Of a DNA stretch of 64,000 bases, positions 34,593-47,160 are shown piece after piece (the first letter of the stretch is position 1; each line of letters begins with the position of its first letter). This stretch comes from Daphnia carinata. Lineage: Eukaryota. Position numbers and translations under genes: made by a program. The notes under the pieces were generated by a model. That model was given only the letters and a program-made list of their open reading frames with translations, did no database searches and was not told the origin of the DNA. The stretch lies in the NCBI RefSeq assembly GCF_022539665.2, contig NC_081334.1, positions 310,001-374,000 on the forward strand, written 5' to 3'.

Positions 34593-35524
34593 GATGCACA
34601 TGACAGGTCAGCAAAACTTCTAGAAGCACAATCTAGGACACCATACGGTGGCTGTTGCAGAGATTCATTTCATCTATTGTGTCAACAAATCAAAATTAAT
34701 TAATTTATACAACGATCACGAATGATAATTTTTCATCGTATACCTTTCTCTCACCTATCCAACTACCTAACTAAACACCATCGCACTTATTATTATTAAA
34801 TCGTTTTAAGATAGCTTTCTACGTGGAACAAGAGTGGATGTCTAGAAATGCTTCGAACGAGAAACCTAAATAACTACCACAACCAAACAAACATATGCGT
34901 CCTGATCTTGATATATTAAAATATTTGTGAAATAAAGGAAAACGAGGAGGAAGAAAGAAACTGCCCATTCGTCTGCTAGACCTTAATTTCTGCGTTGCCA
35001 AGTAATTTATCGTTCATAATGTAGCGAAGTGCCATTCTAAGAAAAAATTGTAAAACATTAGAAAAAGGATCGAAATTCAAGGAAATGAAAAAGATGACAT
35101 ACCATACATTAATTTTAATTTTTTTCTTAACATAAAATTGGAATTGTGAAAATAAGATTAAATAAAATAAAATGATATGTGGTAAACAAGCACAGGACGA
35201 ATGAGAAAAGTCTGGAGCGCAGAATTCGATTAAAGGGGCGTGGTAACCAATCATATCAAGCCCCTATTCAAGGTTTCCAGGCGTAGCATATTTACTCTGT
35301 CATTTTGTTAGCTCTTTTTACTCTAGTTTTGTTTAGAATTAGAAACTAATCGATTGCTGTTGTAGATCTTGATGGGAAGTACAAGGTTCATTATTCCATT
35401 TATTGGTTTACCAGCTAATGCAAAAATTAAGTTAAGAGAACCTACTTAGAGAAGCGACATACGTCAACAGCGAAATTTTCGATGAAATTCACAGGTTAAA
35501 AGGGTTGAGTATCCCAACCTAGTA

Positions 35525-36252
35525 CAGTGCCGGTCCAGTTATAGAACCGGCCTGTGCGCGGTTCTATAACTGAATGGTTCTATAACCGAGCAGTCGATCT
35601 CAGAGCCACCTATCGTCGATTCTTTCACCACACAGATTTTGACAGTATGGGGATGTAAAAGCGAATAGCGCAGGGATAGTGCTGAGCTCTATGCAACTAC
35701 CCAGAATAGGGGGAAGGGGGTTCTCATATTAGAATTTAATATCTCAACCATTCCTGCATTATTTTTACCAACAATAGGGTTCTACCACAAAGAGGATGCC
35801 CCATCAACGATTGGTCATTATATTAGATACAGTGCCAGTCAACTTCTAGAAACCCTTAGCTATGGAACTGGCTCGGTTATCGAACCGATTTTTCTTTGCC
35901 GTGTTTCACCGCCCATAATTAATAAATGGGAAAAAAAACGACACGACGAGCAAAATGACACGAAAAATGTTGTTTTGTAATACAGTTATTTAAAAATTCT
36001 GAATTCGTTTGGAAGGCTATTATTTTACGTAAAGTCATTAAACCAATTTATACTATTGTCTAAAATTGATAAAACCAATTCCAATAACATTTGTTTGTAC
36101 GTTTTAAAGTGCGTAATCCGTTCATTCCAACCAAAATATATGGATTTAGTTCAAAATACGGCCAATGGCGGCGCTGAAACACGGCAAGGAAAAATCGGTT
36201 GATAACCGAGCTGGTTCTATAGCTAAGCGGTTCTATAAGTGGACCGGCACTG
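35525..36252. mobile_element. Tc1/mariner-like MITE (composite: two left ends at 35525 and 35830, one right end)
   Basis: TA|CAGTGCCGGTCCA...TGGACCGGCACTG|TA; ~85-bp inverted repeat between 35830 and 36252. Confidence 0.8.
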
Positions 36253-37352
36253 TAGTGGGAAGGTCGAAGGAAAGGTAAGTATAACAAAGAGACTCTGCGA
36301 TGCCGACCTTGCTCTATAGAGGTCACCATTAGAGATAGTATCAATAATGGTGTGCACCCATCCATACCCTGATGGTAGCTTGTCTACCTGCCGCTTTCGA
36401 GCTACAGATCAGGCATACCTCTACTTCAGAGTTACATACCCGCTGATCGGAGAACGAAGACTTCAGGAGTACACAACCGCTAACAGGGGAACCTAGGTTG
36501 GATTGGGCGAAGACTTCGGAATTACATAGGTGCCAGTAGGAAAATGAGGAGAGTCTCCGAAGAGTCTCTTTTTGCCTTGCAAGTTTGCTACCCTCGTTGA
36601 AAGATTTAATTCGGAAACACAAAATTTAACTGGGACAGTGTGTGTATCATTCGGTTAGAGACAGAAGCAATCACAAAGCAGCCAGAAACCAAATGAATGA
36701 CAATATCGGCACGAAGAAGGAAAAACAAGGAGGTTATTGTTAAAACATGCATGTCGAGCTTTTATTCAAATTCATTTCCAAGGAATAAGGGGAATGAGGG
36801 TTTCATATAAAAATAGCTGCAATCACAAGCCTGCCAATCACAAAGAAAAATCATTAACTAAATTTAAAGAAAAGCATTTCACAACCCCAAATAGTAATGA
36901 CAGCATCGAGAAAGTCGGATAAATAATCTTTGGGTGTCATAACCTGGTAACATAACGGAACTATACAGTCGGCTACGTTGAAAGAAGAGGCAGTTTTTTA
37001 TTTTTTATTTATTCGCTATTTTTTTAAAATCAAGAGTGGCGACACAACATAAAAAAACCAATAAAAAAATAAAAGGAAAAAATAGAAATCAGGTAAACTC
37101 AATGGCAAAAAAAGAAATGCTGAAAAAAAAAACACGAAAAAAATAACAGCTCCAACGTGCAGGTTGGAAAACGAAGGCTGTCAAATGCAAACGAGCCACG
37201 CCCTTTTGCTTATGTTATCGATTCCAATGTTTTGATAGATTCAAATAAATGTTCGTGTGTAGATCATGCTTTTGGTAAAGGCCAGCAGACCTTGGACATC
37301 GATTTTCAAGCTATAGGAATTACATTAAACGAAATAGAATAAAAGCTTTTAC

Positions 37353-37462
37353 CGGCTTCTCTTTCTCCGTAATCGTCCATGGATTCATTATCTTCGCTCT
37401 TGGGTGGCATTTTGGCACCGCTGCTCAAAGACGCTTTGCTGGGCGCCCGACTGCTATCGACT
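37353..37462 (-). pseudogene. Nrg: Neuroglian cytoplasmic-tail exon separated from the rest of the gene
   Basis: AG...GT-bounded VDSSRAPSKASLSSGAKMPPKSEDNESMDDYGEREA resembles the L1-family S-D-x-D-S-M-x-x-Y-G tail segment. Confidence 0.7.
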
Positions 37463-38251
37463 CTACACGTGAAAGCAAAACAAATATTCATATTGTTACG
37501 GAATCGTTGATTTTTCAACGATTCAAACGTCTAGCTTTCGTATCTGTGTAGGCAGAGAGACGTTTATCGAGTAGAAGAGTGGAACAGCTAGTTCATTGGC
37601 TGTACGGGGAAAAGATAGGTGTATCGAAGAAGCTCCTAGACTAAATGGTTAAGACGGTATTTCTATTCTTAGTTATTGTGTTGTATTACTTTACCGTACA
37701 GACCGTCCGGGTATTTATGTGGTTGATACGGACGGTCTGGTGAATCATGTTGTGTTGTGTTATTGTACAGATCGTCCGGGTATTTATGTCGTTGGTACGG
37801 ACGATCTGGGTATTGTTTCTTGGTTGTACCTGTTCGTGGTACTGGAAGCCAAGGTTGATAAAGTAGGACGTTGGTAAAGACGTCCGATTAAAAAAGACGC
37901 TGCGACACGCCGATAATTAGCAAAATGTGGCATTCCCTAGAATTCGTTTAACCCTAGAAATGGGGCGTATATCCTTCACGAGGGTATAAAAGCCCACACA
38001 TTTTTTACCCTAAGTTAGTTCTTGTCAGTTCCGTAGTTCTTAAGTCCTACTCAAGTTCTCAAGCGAGTTCTCTTCACGTTCCTGTATTTCAGTTAAGTAA
38101 AGTGTAGTTATTCTTCCTTTCTGTTATGCATTGTATTTTCCTCTTTTAGTTCAATACAATTCATTAACGAAGTAAAGTCCAGTGTGACAATTGGTGGAGA
38201 TGCAGCTCGTTACCCGTTGTTAACGAATTAGTGCTGCTTTAAAGATAGTCG

Positions 38252-39531
38252 ATGCAGAAGAAGAATAGCTCACGTTTACCTAGTTGCCCCCGGGATCCAA
38301 GTAGACGATTGCACCCGCTTCGTGACTTGCCCACCGCGCTGTCTGGTAACGAGACTACAGCAACTAACGAGGCACAAGATTCAGAAATTTCTACGTCAAG
38401 AGAAGATTTAGCGACGTCATCTACAGAGACGACTCGCCAGAGAGGTTTTGAAAATCTCGCAAGACAGTTAGAATCAAGTTCTGACTCTGAAGAAGATTTA
38501 ATAGAACCCACGCACCCGGTTGTTCCCACGATAGGACAACACATTTTTGGATCTCCAAGACAATTGCAAGAAACAGTCATGGCGGCTGTAAGAAAATTCA
38601 TAAGTCCACCTATTTTTCGAGGTAGCCCAACGGAAGACGCTCGTCAATGGTTAGAGCGCTACGAGACTATCTCTACCCACAATGGTTGAGGTGACGCGGA
38701 CAAACATAATAATTTTTGCATGTACTTGGATGATGCTGCAAGAAATTGGTTCTTGTGTGCAAGAGTGCCAAACGACTGACAAGATGTGGCAGCACAGCCG
38801 GCTGCCGGAGAAAACCAAGCAAGACCTGCAGTTCCCGGTCTACGTTCGGTATTTTTGAAAGAATTTCAGCCTAATTCTTATGGTCTTTTCCAAGAAACTA
38901 GACTAAGAAGTAGAACTCAAGGAGTGGATGAACCGACCACCAGATACTACTACGAAATTCTTAATCTTTGCAGACTGGTAGACCCGAACATGTCGGAAAT
39001 CCACCGACTAGAGCACCTTTTTAGAGGTCTTCGACCAGCACTTTTCAGAAAAATCTATCCTCAGAAGCCACAAACGTGTGAAGAATTCTTAGAACTGGCA
39101 AAAGTCTATACGGAGACATCGATGATGTCAGAAGCCAGAGGATGGAAGGACCCCGTGGCAGAACCACAAAAGTCGTTTGAACAAGTTCCAAACCTTTCGG
39201 TGGTCTATCCGGATCAACAAGTAGATCTTTTGTCTCTTGTGAAGTAATTCAAGAAACTTGTGAAAAATTGTTTAAAGAAGGCAGTCAAGAGCAAGCGAAA
39301 CCAAAAGGGCCGTTCAGAACCAAAGGACGCACAACAAGCGGTAAGCCACAGTGCTTTTACTGTAAAAAAGCAGGGCACATTGCCCGAAACTGTTTCAGAA
39401 ACCCTGAATCTGAGCAGTACAGAGGCCCAGCAAAGGACGCTGGGGCAGGCACAACTTCAAAAGAGAATCCATCTGTAAACTCAGTGGTTCAAGAGTTGGT
39501 GATGCCAGAAGAAAACAAAAATGGGTCAGAA
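38252..39531 (+). pseudogene. gag: gag of element 3 with stops/frameshift
   Basis: PPIFRGSPTEDARQWLERYE, RTQGVDEP, CFYCKKAGHIARNC; stops at ~38687, ~38777 and ~39245. Confidence 0.9.
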
Positions 39532-42500
39532 GATTGGCGGAGAAAAAGGCCCAGAAAAAGGCCCAGACGAAAAAGGCCCATACAAAAAAGGCCCACTTTA
39601 TTCCAAATTTTAAAGTTGGCCTTTTTCTCCATTAAACTGGGCCTTTTTCTCCGCTTAATTTCCATGTTCCTAAATCTTTATTGAGTTTCCAAAAAGTATT
39701 TCCCACTTCCTATTCCGTGGAAGTTGGAATATATAAAGGTTGCTGAAACCGTGACGTCCTGAAGGTAGATTTGTCTTGAAAATGTCGTTCTCTACAGAAA
39801 TAACAATAGGCTAGGATCGTCGACATTTTCAAGCCAAATCTAGCTTCAGGACGCCTCCACCTGAGGGCAGTATAAGCAGATGGAAACCATGAGCAATAAC
39901 AAAGTAACTAAATTGTGTTGAATTTGTATAAGATATAAGAATATTATTATATTTGTATAATATAAGAATTAAAATTTTCTTAAAATTTCAATAGACAATC
40001 ATAAGAATTTATTTTACTACATTTGTTTTTTGTACTACCTTTCAAGCCAAATCTAGCTTGAGGACGCCTCCACCTTAGGGCAGTCTAAGCAGAGAAAGTA
40101 TACAAAAAATCGTATGAAGCGTAGTTCAAAAAACAAACGTAGTAAAATAAACCCTTAAGATTGCCTATTGAAATTTTAAAAAAAATTAAGTCTTATATTA
40201 CAAATTCAATAAAATTTAGTTACTTTGTTATTGTTCATGGCCTCCATCTATCTGTGTAGTACGAAAATTCCATTGATAGCTTTGCTGTTATTGTCTGCTA
40301 GCATCGAAGCTAATACCGAAAAAATTCAGTGAAACAAGGGAAAAGGCCGTTATTGCAACAAAATGTTTGGTGCAATAGATTCTACGAAAAACTCCTTTTA
40401 TCATAAAGGACGGCTAGCTGCTTTAAAGAGGTAAGTTGAGTAAGCTCTTCTTCAGAGACTTACGTGCAGCTTGCAATCAAATTGTTGATGTGGAATATAT
40501 TATGCATTCTCATTCACATTCAATGTTTATTTTGTTTCCTAGGAGAACACAAAAAAAAATTGGCGTCAAGGATGTTTTGTTATACGGGATTATTGATTAT
40601 TACTAGGATCCAAGCATAAACCAAAGCCAAACTTAGGACTTGGTTAACCACTCAACAATTTTACTGTGAAAGGATGCAAAATTATGAAAGCGGTATAACA
40701 TTTTAGTAACCAATATGTCTTAGAATATCTTTACTTTGTTTTTGCATGATGCCAGGGGATCACCCAAACCATGCACCTTTCAGATTGGAGGTCTTAAATG
40801 GATGAATGTAATTGAAACGAGTTTTCATATTGAGCCTGAAAAAAAGGTATGTGAAGGGTCAAAACCTAATTTAAAAAATTTTCATACATTGTGGTTTTCT
40901 TGTGCATCATATAACAAAAACTGAGAGCATAAATTTGTTATTGGATTCTAGGGAAGAATGGATGACTGCTGTTGATTATGCTGCTGAACAGCTTCATACA
41001 GATCCTGATTGCAATGATTTGGATATGCCAGCCGTTTCTGAAAAAACACCAGGAACCATGCTTCCAATCCTTAAGAAATGGAAAAACAGCTAACAGCTAA
41101 GCTCTCGCTTTTCACAGGTATGTGTTAATCTTTACATTTAAGTAAGACCTGCCAGTTTATTCCATTGATTTTCAGGAAAAAAGCTGGATTTATCTGATAA
41201 GAAAACAAAAATCAAACTAAACGGAAGTTAAATGAAATGAAGAAAAAATTATAAAGCAAAAAGAAGAAGAGTAGGTCCTGAATTGCCAAACTTGCATGAG
41301 CAACCAAGGTAGCATCTGTGTCACCAACCTCTGTTCTTTCAGAGTTTGTCTAAACAGAAATTTCTGAACCAAGACTATCAAGTACATTGCCAACACCAAT
41401 TTTCAACAGTGAAGGCTGCCCAGTTTTCAGCAAATTTGATTTTGGAGAACTATTTAATCCCTCACCCATTCTGAAAAAGACCACTTTAGATCCATAATTG
41501 GCAACGATTAAAATGAAAAAAAAAAATACTTAAACAAAAAGTGAAAATCTTGGTAGGCCAAGCTGAAGGTGAGAATCCAGAAGCATGGAAGAAAAACAGG
41601 CTTGCAATGGTGCTCTACACATAGCTGAAGGTTTTCAGGTAAACTATCAATTTGACAAACATATTTGTTAGGTGTTCAAAACTTCTAACGTTTCTGTATT
41701 GCAATAGGTAGAAGACTGTGTGGAATTCCTTGGCAAATAAATAAAGAAACGAGGTAAAATCAAATCAGAAAATAAAATAAATTGGGCTGATCGCAACGAA
41801 GAAAAGGAAAAGAGAAAGGAATGACAACAGAAAAAGAGAAAGGAATGACAACAGAAAAAGAGAAAAGCCAACATTAAGAAAAAGAAACTGAAAAAAAAGA
41901 ACATACAGTGATTAAACCAAATCAAAAAAAGGAAAATTTATCGTATGAAATAATGATACCGACTCATAGATGAGCTAAACTCGTGTTCTTTCATGTGCAA
42001 GCCATGGCGCGACAGTCTTTTAGAAAAATACACTGGCATGCCTTTCATGATTTTGGAAAATTTGAAGAAAAAAATCTTAGATTCATTTTTAATTGTTTAG
42101 TGTCTTCACTATAGCAGACTCATAAAAACAGTCTTTCATGGTAGAAAATAATTAAAATTGATTTGTACTTGTTAATAGCTTTGTCAACTTTAGGTGCAAG
42201 GCTTCCTTATTGTTCATTGTAGTATGTGATGTGAATTAGGTAAACAATAGCAGCTGGAATATGTGCATAAGGGGAAAACAAGACACGAAGAACGTAAAAA
42301 ATTATTTATCATTGCTTGAAAACGCGAGTTCTCACCAGAGACGTAGTATATGGTTCTCTCGGACTAAAGGTGAGGTTACTCTTTAACAAAAGACTGCTCT
42401 TTACCAAAAGCCATTACTATTTAAGTTTGACTCATAGACGTTCTTATGCAAATTAAATATTCCAGTTATGCTAGAACTATTTATAGTTTTGCTGAAAAGC

Positions 42501-43382
42501 GCTCCAAGACAACAGTTAGCAGTAAAAGGCCTGGCATATTTATAGCAGTAGGTTATGATTTTAATACATTTATTGGGCTCTTTGTAATCGTGAAAAAATT
42601 GAAAATGTGATAAGGAAATAAATGGTATGAAAATCAATATTGAATTACAATATTCTTTCTTTTTGTCCTTATCGCAAACGATAGTTTAAGCTTGTAGTGT
42701 TCTTCCTCAAAAAATTATTTATCAAATGTTAATAATAATGAACTAGTCTTCGTATTAACATATCTTTGTTCCCAGCAACCACAAAAGCCCCGCGGAACTC
42801 ATTCAGTTTCCGTATTCATAACAAATCAGTGGTCTTAACCTATGGAATAAGTATCGACAAAGAGAAGTTATAATGAAGATGGATTTAGAGTTGGGGGGAA
42901 TGATCAAAGAGGGTGGACAGAACAAGGCTAAGTGCGGAAAACTTATAATTCTTATATTATATTTAAAGAAGCTAAAGTAGTTCAATAAATAAAAATTGTG
43001 AAAAATGAACTTTATTTAACGGGATATTAGCAATAGATAGATACTAACATAATCCGAAATCCGATAGCTACATAATAAATAATCAAAGATTAACTAGCGT
43101 ATATACGCTAACATTGTTTCATATGGGCAAACCTTATAGAAGGTCACGGTTTCAGCAACCTTTATATATTCCAACTTCCACGGAATAGGAAGTGGGAAAT
43201 ACTTTTTGGAAACTCAATAAAGATTTATGAAAATGGAAATTAAGCGGAGAAAAAGGCCCAGTTTAATGGAGAAAAAGGCCCACTTTAAAATTTGGAATAA
43301 AGTGGGCCTTTTTTGTATGGGCCTTTTTCGTCTGGGCCTTTTTCGCGGGCCTTTTTCGTCTGGGCCTTTTTCTCCGACCTCC
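39532..43382. mobile_element. Non-autonomous long-TIR DNA transposon (MULE-like) carrying host gene fragments
   Basis: ~225-bp TIRs with AAAAAGGCCC repeats; TSD GGTCAGAA(GA), 8-10 bp; removal restores the gag-protease frame NGSEDYIL. Confidence 0.88.
40403..40996 (+). pseudogene. Akt: Captured Akt/PKB PH-domain fragment with introns
   Basis: IKDG*LL*R|GEHKKNWR...PLNNFTVKGCKIMK...PKPCTFQIGGLKWMNVIETSFHIE...REEWMTAV aligns by eye with the Akt PH domain. Confidence 0.8.
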
Positions 43383-46300
43383 GGTCAGAAGACTACATTT
43401 TAAATCTAAACCCTGCAAGATTGATTAAAGAAAAAGTGAAGTGCGGTAAGGAAACAGCTACGGCGTTGATTGATACAGGAGCTGCAGTTACAGTGATTTC
43501 TCCTGAATTATTGAAAAAAGCGGGGTTCGTGGAAAAACCCCGGAGTGGGCCGAAAATTCGCCTTGTAAATGGTCATACTCTGTCCCCACAGAGTACAGCT
43601 GACATTGTAGCAACCCACAAGGGTAAAACTATCAAAGGAAACGCGATAGTCATGCCAATGTCGGGTTTTGAACTACTATTAGGAAATGATTCCCTACAAC
43701 AATTTCAAGCTATTCACATTGATTACGAGTCACAGGAATTGTCGTTTACGACAGGAAAGTTGCCACTTGCAGATGCAGAAATCTCGCTTATTCAAACAGA
43801 AGAAGCCAAAGAAAGTAAACTGGTTACAAAAGATCGTCAAGAGATACCAGCATACTCAATCAAGCAAGTTTCAACAACAGTTTCCAGCAAGATGGAAGGT
43901 TCCTGCATTGTGACACCCTCAGAGTCATTGCTAGCGACAAGTAGCCTATCAACTGGTCATGCACTAGTACAAAAAGATTTAGAAAAAATCCCTGTTGCTA
44001 ACTTGTCACCGAAAACGATTTGGCTAGAAAAAGGAGTGACCTTAGGGACGTTAGAAGAACATCCTGAGGCAAAAGAGGTAGAAAACAAGCCAAGCAGTCC
44101 TAGCAATGGACACCTCACTCAAGGAACAAGATTTGAATCAAGATGAAAAGCAATTGTTAGAACACCTAGAAGAAAGAATTGGAACGGGTCTAACAAAGGA
44201 AGAGAAAGCAGAAACGCAAAAAATTCTCGAAGAATTTATCCATTGCTTTGCTCTAAATGAAGATGATTTGGGATACTGTGCAGTAGTCAAACATGACATC
44301 AATACTGGGACAGCTTCCCCAATTCATCAACTCCCTTGCAAAAGTGCTTGGAAGGAAAGAGCTGTAAGGCAAAATCAAGTAGAAGGAATGTTACGTCGAG
44401 GAGTAATTGAACCGTCTGACAGTCCTTGGTCTTCCCCAGTGGTTCTGGTGAAGAAGAAAGACGGAACTTGGCGTTTTTGTGTAGATTATCGCAAGCTCAA
44501 CGCGGTAACAGTTAAAGACTCCTACCCCTTACCACGCATAGCTGATACACTAAGTCGGCTAGAAGGGGCTACATTTTTTCAAGTATGGATTTGCAAGCAG
44601 GATACCACCAAGTTCCAGTGGTTAGCAGTGATAGACCGAAGACAGCCTTCATCACTGCAGATGGATTGTATCAGTTTCGCACTCTTCCGTTTGGTCTAAC
44701 TAATGCCCCAGACACTTTTCAGAGAGCCATGGACATTATTTTGGCTGGACTTCGCTGGACAACATGTCTGATACACCTGGATGACGTCATAATCTACTCA
44801 GCAACATTCCAACAACACTTGGAACGTCTTCGTTGAGTGCTGAGTTGCCTTATGAAAGCTGGTTTGAAACTAAAGTGGTCAAAATGCTCGTTCCTAGAGC
44901 ACACTCTGAAAGTGTTGGGACATCTGATTTCAAAAGACGGTGTAGCACCAGATCCTGAAAAGCTCGAGGCAGTCTCGAACTTCCCATCACCAAGTGAAGG
45001 CCATTCAACAGCAAACAAAGTTAAACGAGTGCAAAGTTTTTTGGGCCTATGTTCTTACTATCGACGTCATATCCAAGGCTTCGCTTCAATTGCTCGCCCA
45101 CTCACGTCACTCACGAAGAAAGAAATTTCGTTTGTGTGGGGAGAAGATCAGGCTAACAGTTTCAATGCCCTGAAAAAAGCGCTCACCTCATCTCCAGTTT
45201 TGGCCCATCCCAACTACGACTTTCCGATGGAAATTTTCCCTGACGCCTGCGAATACGGGATTGGAGGTGTACTGGCCCAGCGCATAGAAGAAGCAGAACG
45301 TCCCATCGCATACGCCAGCCGTTTACTGACTAAATCGGAAGTGAACTATTCGATAACTGAAAAAGAGTGTCTTGCATTAGTGTGGTGTCTCTCCAAGTTC
45401 AGATGTTTTGTGTGGGGCTGCAAAGTGAAAGTCGTCACAGATCATCAAGCTCTATGTTGGTTGATGAGCAAAAAAGACCTAGCAGGTCGTTTAGCACGTT
45501 GGAGCTTATCGCTACAAGAATACGATATCACGATCGTATATCGCAGTGGAAAAACGCACGACAACGCAGATTGTCTTTCAAGAAATCCATTACCAAAAAC
45601 GGAGGAGCAAGAAGACGACCGCTGTGTCGTCATAGGGGCACTAACTGATGACCCAACACGCGCTGAAGAAGAAAACGAGTCCCTAGCAGACAAGCAAAAA
45701 GTCTGCAGTAATTGGAATCAGCTAATTCAAAAAATCCAAAGTGGAAAAGCAAGAGTGAAAAATTTCGTGATGAACAATGGCAAACTCTACAAAGAAACTA
45801 TAAAGAATGGGAAAAGTTATAGAAGATTGTGCGTACCTGTTGACTATCGTGAGAGAATCCTATACGCCTACCATGACGACATCGTTTCCGGTCACCTTGG
45901 GATCAGTCGCACTCTACAAAAAATTTGTGATCGTTACTACTGGCCGAAGATGACACTGGACATAGTTCGTCATGTGCAGAGTTGCGTACACTGTAAGAGC
46001 AGAAAAGGAGTTCCAGACAAACCCCCAGGACTTCTACAATGCATCAAAGTGGAAAGACCGTTTCAAAAAGTAGGAATGGACCTTCTAGGGCCATTCCCGC
46101 TCTCCACAAAAGGAAACAGAATGATTATAGTGGCAGTGGATTACCTAACCAAATGGGTAGAGTTGAAAGCCATGCCCACTGGAAAGGCAGATGACGTGGC
46201 AGAATTCTTCGTTCACCAACTCCTTCTACGCCATGGGGCCCCAGAACAAATCATCACGGATCGGGGAAAGTGCTTCATCGCCGATCTAACTCAAGCTGTC

Positions 46301-47160
46301 GTCAAGAAACTGCTCACCAACCACAAGACGACTTCCAGTTATCACCCCCAGGCAAATGGAGCAGTGGAGAGAATGAACCATATATTGGCAGCAATGCTCT
46401 CAATGTACGTCAGCAGTGATCAACGAGATTGGGATGAAACTCTGCAGTATGTTTGCTTTGTATACAACACAGCTAGACAAGAGTCTACTGGATACTCACC
46501 ATTCTTCCTCCTCTACGGACGTGAACCCAGACTCCCTATTGACTTGGAGTTGGAAGCAGATCCAAATCCATTGCTGGAAGAAGAGGAAGCGACAATGGGA
46601 TATGCAGATCGCCTAATAACTGACCTAGCAGCAGCTAGAGAAAAACTGAAAATTAGAATGCAGCGTGTACAGCAAAAGCAAAAAGAAACTTACGATGCAC
46701 GCCATAGAGAATTGTCATTCAAAGAAGGAGATTTGGTGTTGGTCTACAAGCCTGTGCGTAAAGTGGGAAAATCAGAAAAACTTCTTCATCGTTGGCTAGG
46801 ACCATTCAAAGTGTTGAGACAGACCACACCAGTGAGCTATGAAGTGATATCGGCAACTGGCCGAGGTAAAACAGATATCGTTCACGTAGTGCGGATGAAA
46901 TCATTCCATGAAGCTGTGACGAGCCCTAGCATCACCGAAGAAACTTCAGAGAAAGAAGATGAAAATCAGCAGGAAAAAGAAACACAAGAGATACCTACTT
47001 CAAGTGATCCACAACCTCAGGCTGATCCAGAAGAAACACTAGCGGAGCGGAGCAGTGAAACACCGGACATCGAAGAAAATGATGTGGTCACGCCCACTCC
47101 GGAAGTAATCACGCCAACGTCAACTAGAAGACCCACTCGTAGCAGAAGACCTCCAGCCAG
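43383..47160 (+). pseudogene. pol: pol of element 3 (PR, RT, RNase H, IN)
   Basis: LIDTGA, HLDD, PDAC...TDHQAL, HHCC/DDE and GPF motifs; frameshifts near 44110 and 44580; stop at 44834. Confidence 0.93.

Noticed and set aside
36360..36420. Possible hammerhead ribozyme
   Set aside because: No CUGANGA...GAAA core with the required three stems on either strand.
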